A DNA stretch of 64,000 nucleotides from contig OZ024754.1 in NCBI GenBank assembly GCA_964016885.1, forward strand, positions 44,330,001 through 44,394,000, read 5' to 3'. Under the pieces are notes generated by a model, which worked only from the letters and a program-made list of their open reading frames with translations, ran no database searches and had not been told where the DNA came from. The translations under genes were made by a program, and so were the position numbers. Positions 57,868-64,000 of the stretch are shown one piece after another. The DNA comes from Eledone cirrhosa (lineage: Eukaryota). The stretch's first letter is position 1. Each line of letters starts with the position of its first letter.

Positions 57868-58507
57868 GGTGGTGGTGGTGGTGGTGGTGGTAATGATGAT
57901 GTGGAGGGAGGGAACTAATTTGCGGTATCTATCAATTTAGTGGTGGCAGAGATAATGATAATGATAATGATGATGGGTATGAGGGGGGGGGGGGGCAATT
58001 TGTGGTATCAATCATTGTGGAGATAGCAGAGATGATGATGATGGTGTGGTGGTTGGTGGTGGTGGTGGTTGGTGGTGGTGGTGGTGGTTGTTTTAATGAT
58101 GATGTGTTTGCGCATAGTTTGCAATAAATTTGCAGTAACTAATGTAGTGGTGGTGGGAGTGGTGGTGTTGGTAGTATTTGTAGTGGTGGTGGTGGTAGTG
58201 GTGGTGGTAGTGGTGGTGGTGGTGGTGTTGGTAGTATTTGTAGTGGTGGTGGTGGTAGTGGCGGTGTTGTTGGGAGTGGTGGTGGTGGTGGTAGTGGTGG
58301 TGGTAGTGGTGGTGGTAGTGGTGATGGTTGAGTTGATGAAGGTGGCGGTGGAGGTGGTGGTAGTGGTGGTTGCAGTGGTGTTGATAATGATATCGCTGTA
58401 CCTGTTACAGATGATGGTACTTGCTAAATATCGTATATGAGGTGGAGGTGGAGGTGACTGTGGTGGGTGTGTTGTTGTTGTTGTTGCTTCTCTCTCTCTC
58501 TCACCAT

Positions 58508-58540
<33 letters not shown>

Positions 58541-59043
58541 ACCACCCGTATCGTTCAACAGTATCACCGCGATCTTTGTTACGTTTCTGCTAAACAATTC
58601 CTTTCCATAGACAGACAGCACACTTCGGTCCCTCACCCCACCGTGCACCCAGTAAACACCCACCGCCCAGCCATAACACACCCACTAACACTGACACGTA
58701 CATAAAAGTTAATGTGAACACGTGTACCCGATACCACGCGTTTCCTTAATTGTGTCTTCAAGCAACCAATCAACCACTCATCAGCAAAACAAATTCGTAG
58801 ACGAGGCAATCTAACAAACAACACGTGGACTCCTAAATACTTGATAACACTAACACAGTAACTGGATCAATTCAAAGGAACATAATACTGCCACTTAGAA
58901 TAAAGGGCTCAAGGTTGTAACACAAAGTGTGAATATGTATTTAGTTTCCTCGGAAGATGAGATATTAATCTCGAAATATTAGGACATAAGAATAAATTAA
59001 GGTAAAAGAACAACCCCTGTTTCTTACGATTTAATTATTTGCC

Positions 59044-59102
<59 letters not shown>

Positions 59103-59109
59103 TACATAT

Positions 59110-59255
59110 GGTAAACCAGTCCGAGCTGAAGATCCGCCTAAGGTGAAACAATTGTTCTCGGTATGGTGAACTAACTGTCGTATTACTACTTCTACCAAAC
59201 TCGTCCCATGGACTGAGTGCTCTACCACTACGGATATTACCTTCCAATGTTCTAC

Positions 59256-59258
<3 letters not shown>
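59110..59258 (+). mobile_element. Penelope-like fragment, family G
   Basis: Hammerhead followed by a ~95-nt tail ending in (TA)n. Confidence 0.6.
59121..59161 (+). ncRNA. Minimal type I hammerhead ribozyme motif (family G)
   Basis: CCGAG-CUGAAGA-UCC(GCCUAA)GGU-GAA-ACAAUUGU (palindromic)-U^-CUCGG. Confidence 0.72.
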
Positions 59259-59296
<38 letters not shown>

Positions 59297-59409
59297 GAAA
59301 GTGAACAACACAAAATATAACTGTTGTTCACTTTCTAATTAAATAGCTCTGTTCTATACATAGAGCACTCTTTTTTCCTTTGATTTTCCTTCGGAATTAC
59401 CTAACACAC

Positions 59410-59468
<59 letters not shown>

Positions 59469-59729
59469 TGGTATACCTCAGCTTAGCCTGCTAATTCTGT
59501 CTAAGAATTACACAGTCACTTATACGTTAATTTAATAAGTCAGAAGTTCACTTGACTAAACAGAAGAATGATCATCGTCGAAACCGACGGAATATCTATT
59601 AGTCTAGCGGTCCTAAGCTATAATAGCGACAAACCTTTAAAATCCGGTTCCATCCACGATTTCATTGATTTAATATATTTTTTTGTACTATTTATATTTT
59701 TGTATTATTTATATTATCTTCTTTTACAG

Positions 59730-59945
59730 TTTCACCGCTGTAACGAGTCCTGGAAAAACAGCCGACCAAGAACGGTACCAATCAGTCGCCGAACGGTTAC
59801 CCTCGGGGTGAACATGCCACCCTGGGGATTGCAGACCACAGTTGTAATACACTTGTTACCAGAAATGTCGGTGGTGGTGGCACGAGATTTGGTGGCCAGT
59901 CTACAGACCCACGCACCAGCTCTGTCTACTATATCAACTCTTTAG
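59730..59945 (+). CDS. Terminal coding exon (FHRCNESWK...TLGVNMPPWG...ARDLVASLQTHAPALSTISTL*)
   Basis: Acceptor cttcttttacag|TTT, phase 0, 71 codons plus TAG, followed by AT-rich sequence with AATAAA. Confidence 0.9.
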   Translation, partial: FHRCNESWKNSRPRTVPISRRTVTLGVNMPPWGLQTTVVIHLLPEMSVVVARDLVASLQTHAPALSTISTL

Positions 59946-60040
59946 TCAGGAGAGCTACACACAAAGAAAAAATATATATATATATATATATATGTGATGT
60001 GTGTGTGTATATATATTCATAATATTACGTATGAATATAT

Positions 60041-60110
60041 AATAAATATATAATATACTATGTAATTTATATACCACGATAAATATTACATATATGATAT
60101 ATATATACAT

Positions 60111-60166
<56 letters not shown>

Positions 60167-60311
60167 ATGTATATATATATATTATATATATATATATATT
60201 TATATATACAAGGAAAAACAAATAAATAATAAAGCGATAAATAATGAAGAATATAAATATACAAATAACAGAAATTAAAACAAATATGAAAAAATGCAAA
60301 TATTAAATAAA
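60041..60311 (+). terminator. Candidate polyadenylation signals in the 3' UTR
   Basis: AATAAA at 60041, 60221, 60228 and 60306 downstream of the stop. The AT-rich context makes chance matches likely. Confidence 0.3.
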
Positions 60312-60584
60312 AAAGCATAAAACTCCGTGACGGTAGATTGAACCAGATTGAACCAGATCGAACCAGATCGAACCAGTGATGAAGTGAAGCAATATTGAAG
60401 ACGGAGAAATAAGGCTTATATTGATCAGTGTGTAAATATCTTCAGTTTTAAGAGATTTGGGTTGGCAGAATCGTTAGAGTGTTGGACAAAATATCTTGTG
60501 ATGTTTCCAGTTATAACCGTTTTTACCTTCTCAGTTCAAATTCAGCTGTGCTCAGTTTTATCTTTCATCCTCCAGGAGTTGAGT

Positions 60585-60812
60585 GGAGATACGTGGCCTA
60601 GTGGTAAGGGTGTTGGACTTACGATCATAATGTCGTAGGTTCGATTCCTGGACTGAGTAGCGTGCTGTGTTCTAGAGCAAAACATTTCATTTCACATTAC
60701 TCCGGTATACTACCCTGTGATGGTCTGGCGTTCTTTCCAGGGGGAAGACTTGTACTCACAATCGGGATAATCACCGGCCTAACAAGTCTTTTGGCTAAGG
60801 ACAGACTTTAGC
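60585..60812 (+). mobile_element. Second tRNA-derived SINE family, nested inside an old dominant-family SINE (~60458-60852)
   Basis: A box TGGCCTAGTGG, B box GGTTCGATTCC, then GTGTTCTAGAGCAAAACA. A related copy lies at ~16535-16640. Confidence 0.65.
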
Positions 60813-62107
60813 CCTTAGCCTAACCCTCTGGGGTTGATAAAATAAAGTACAAATCATGTGGAAGGAATTTCCTTCCGCCATAAATTTATGGTCCTATTAT
60901 TGATTGAATATGTCAGGTCCATTCTATATATATGTCTTAAGTAAATATATAATAAAGTACGTACCTTGGTGTCTCAACAATGTGGAAATGAAAACCCTGG
61001 TATCTCTGTGGATCAACTTTTAAAGTTTATTGTGTCTGGCTGGTATTTAATTGGATAGGCACAGAGTCCGATGATACGGATTTAATTAAACAATCAACAC
61101 GTAAGAGCTTCTGGGCGCAAATACGATTTCTGATAATACTGTCTTTACTAAAAATGACTATGAAACTGGCGGTGGCATAATGCGATTCTAGTCAGTATTT
61201 GAGTGATACATTATTTTGTTGGACCTCAGGAGAAGGAAATTCAAAATCGTGTTCGTTGGAATTTGTCCTCAGGCGTATAACATTGTCATTAAATACCACA
61301 AGGTGTTTTCTGTCCAGTGCTCTACCGATTCTGCCAACTTAAACCCATTAACTTTTGAATAAGTAATTAATAATAATGACATTTTTTTAAAATGCTAAAA
61401 ATATTAAAAATAAAACAACACTAAAAGAGTATTTCGAACTTTCCCCGAAAGCCACAAACACGGGCAGTTTTATTTGTGCTCCAAAGAATTAACACCAAAG
61501 CTTGATATATATACGAACTATATTGACGAACTATATTGATGATGATGATGATGATGAAGAAGATGATGATGATGATGATGATGATGATGACGACGGGGAT
61601 TGAGAAAAAACAAAATTTGAAATAAAAGTATATAACGTAATATTTATTGTTTAATGAGTGTTTTTTTTTAAAGACTTTTCACTTTTTCTTTTTTGCTTTT
61701 GTTGATGTTGATGTTGATGTTTGACCTCCCCCGCTGGAAATAAAGTGAAAGATAAAGAAATTGTGGTGTGGTGAGCGGGAGAGAAAGAGAGTGGGAGATA
61801 GAGAGATAAATAGCTAGATTGAGTTTGGTCGGGTAAGGAAACTATGGGAAAAATTCCAAAGCGAGAAACTGGGCAACAGTTAGAGAAACAGAATAATCCA
61901 TATATATCTTCTTTTCCTTCTCTCCTTTGTGGCCTTTTGATAGATAAAAGGCTATGGGCGAGCTACGGATTGTTAATAATGCGCCGAAACATCCGCGACC
62001 CGTGGTTAACTACTGACGATGGGACACTGTCAACCTCTTGTTTGTGTCTCCTTACCTTCTAACACCCGTTATAAGTAAGCACACAGCCCCTCCTCTCATC
62101 CATATTT

Positions 62108-62160
<53 letters not shown>

Positions 62161-62627
62161 TAATTCAAGCATATATTAACTAAACAGCATCAGGTATAGC
62201 TTTTTATTTAAAACAATATTCTAAATATTATTTTAGATGGTAATCTTTCGTTAGACATACAATATGCTCAGGTAGACTTTATTAGTAACGTCGTTGATAA
62301 TATAGAGTAATATGTTTGTAATATAAATACTTTGTATATTTTCATAAATAAACTAATCCAACCTAACTTAACCTATTATTATGGTCGGTTAGATTAGGTT
62401 AAGTTATGTTAAGTAAGTTTAAAATATTAGATTTATTAAAATATACAAAAAACTCGTTGTCTGTCGTTTTTGTAGGCTTTTTTGATAGGCCCCCCTCCCA
62501 CAACATTATTAGTGTTTACTATTAATATAGGTAGTAGATAGCTGGTTCTACTTACAACAATAGGTTCACTGCACGCAAATATGAAGATTTCTTTCTCAAT
62601 GGAATTGATGCTATTATCTTTAAATTA

Positions 62628-62818
62628 CGGTGGATTGGCAGTATCAGTAGAGTGTCAGACGCCATGCTTTGCAGCATAGAGTTATGGCCCTTTACGTTCT
62701 GAGTTAAAATCCCATTGAGGTTAACTTTGCCTTTATATCCTTACAGAGTCGATAAAATAAAGTACCAGTAATTCACTGGCGTAATTGCTGGCTTTGTGCC
62801 AATAGTAGAAACAATTAT
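62628..62818 (+). mobile_element. tRNA-derived SINE, near full length (dominant family, ~25 copies in the window)
   Basis: A box TGGCAGTATCAG, B box GAGTTAAAATCC, family central domain CCTTTCATCCTTACGGGGTCGATAAAATAAAGTACCAG (Meta/MESC-like, from recall) and 3' end AGTAGAAACAATT. Confidence 0.8.
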
Positions 62819-64000
62819 CTTTAAATTACGGTGGATTGGCAGCATCACAACAGCAGCATCACAACAGCACCGCCACAACAGCACCGCCACAACAGCAGCA
62901 TCACAACAGCAGCATCACAACAGCAGCATCACAACAGCACCGCTACAAGTCGCCATTTCCTTCTATATTTTCTATTTAGCATTTTTTGCATTTCTTGACT
63001 GTTTTTTGTAAAGGTGAAAAGGTGACCTTTTATATTTTTGAATAATTTGGACTCTAGCCACAAAGTTCGGACGTTGTGTACTGGAAAACAGACCATTGCT
63101 GCTGCTGCTGCTGCTGCGTCGTCGTCGTTGTTGTTGTTGTTGTTGTTGGTTGTTCTTCTTCTTCTTCTTCTTCTTCTTCTTCTTCCTCGCCCGCTTATGC
63201 CCAATTGGGTCGTTGTGGGAGCAGAGGCCTCATCAACACACCCAGGCCACCACCATCACCACCACAAAAACCACCACCAACACCACCACCATCAGCATCA
63301 CCATCGCCAACCCCCCACCCCCACCCACACACACCAGCAGCACCACCACAAACATCTTCCCCAACACCACCACCACTACCACCACCACCACCACCACCAC
63401 TTTCACCATTACGCTATCTTCTAAGATGGCCACTATTACATCTTTTATCTCCCAGTTGCCAAAAAGCCAGATAAATGTCTGCCAGACTCCACGATAACAA
63501 ACGTAAAAACACCCTGGCATGTAAATACACTGTAGCTGCCATCTTGGGTTGTTTGAAACTTTTCTGTCACTAGCATTGTTGTCTAGTGTCGCCAAAACCT
63601 TCACTAAGAGGCTCTCAAACTTTTCAGGCCACCACCCCTCCCGGCCTCACAGTCACGTAACACCCTCAGACCCCCCCCCAGACCCCACCCCCACGACCCT
63701 ATTTATAGCGAGGCCTGTCTACACGTAAATTGTAAATAATTGTTTCTACTTTTGGCACAAGGCCAGCAATTACCCCAGTACATTACTGGTACTTTATTTT
63801 ATAGAACCCCTTTGGGATGAAAGGCAAAGTTAACCTCGGCGGGATTTGAACTCAAAACATAAAGGGCCATAACAGGGGGTCGGGATGTGCTCCAGGATCC
63901 TAGAGCACCAGACGTCTCCACTACTATACGTTCAACAAGAAGCTAGTCCACTACATGGGGCTCACTTCTGGAGGTCGTCAACTCCCCCTCGAGGTAGCAG

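Noticed and set aside
60590-60655. Genuine tRNA gene (also 56765-56835 and 4375-4440)
   Set aside because: A and B boxes are present, but I could not build a convincing cloverleaf, and the sequences continue into repeat bodies.
63038-63604. His-rich ORF and opposite-strand ORF near the window end
   Set aside because: Built largely from GCT/GTT/CTT/CAC microsatellites, with no phase-consistent splice partners found.

Overview
This is AT-rich, microsatellite-saturated animal DNA, not prokaryotic. Its SINE, LINE and MITE content resembles a coleoid cephalopod (Octopus-like); this is an inference from recalled repeat motifs. Almost all ORFs in the supplied track are simple-repeat artefacts. One spliced + strand gene can be built by hand. 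Exons 45971-46274, 46772-46942, 49778-49995 and 59730-59945 are all GT-AG and phase-consistent, and are probably preceded by exon 8125-8490 across a ~37.5 kb intron (424 aa in total). The product is a protein I do not recognise, with a PPxY motif, a GRAM/PH-like domain and a Cys cluster. The most striking non-coding signal is at least eight structurally complete type I hammerhead-ribozyme motifs, plus several degenerate ones, from about seven sequence families. They lie in short, often fold-back, Penelope-like/retrozyme-like fragments inserted into (TA)n tracts. The window also holds about 25 tRNA-derived SINE copies, hAT/Tc1-mariner/piggyBac-like/Helitron-like remnants, RTE and Tx1-like LINE 3' ends, a palindromic element with two convergent Pol III units, and many mini- and microsatellites.
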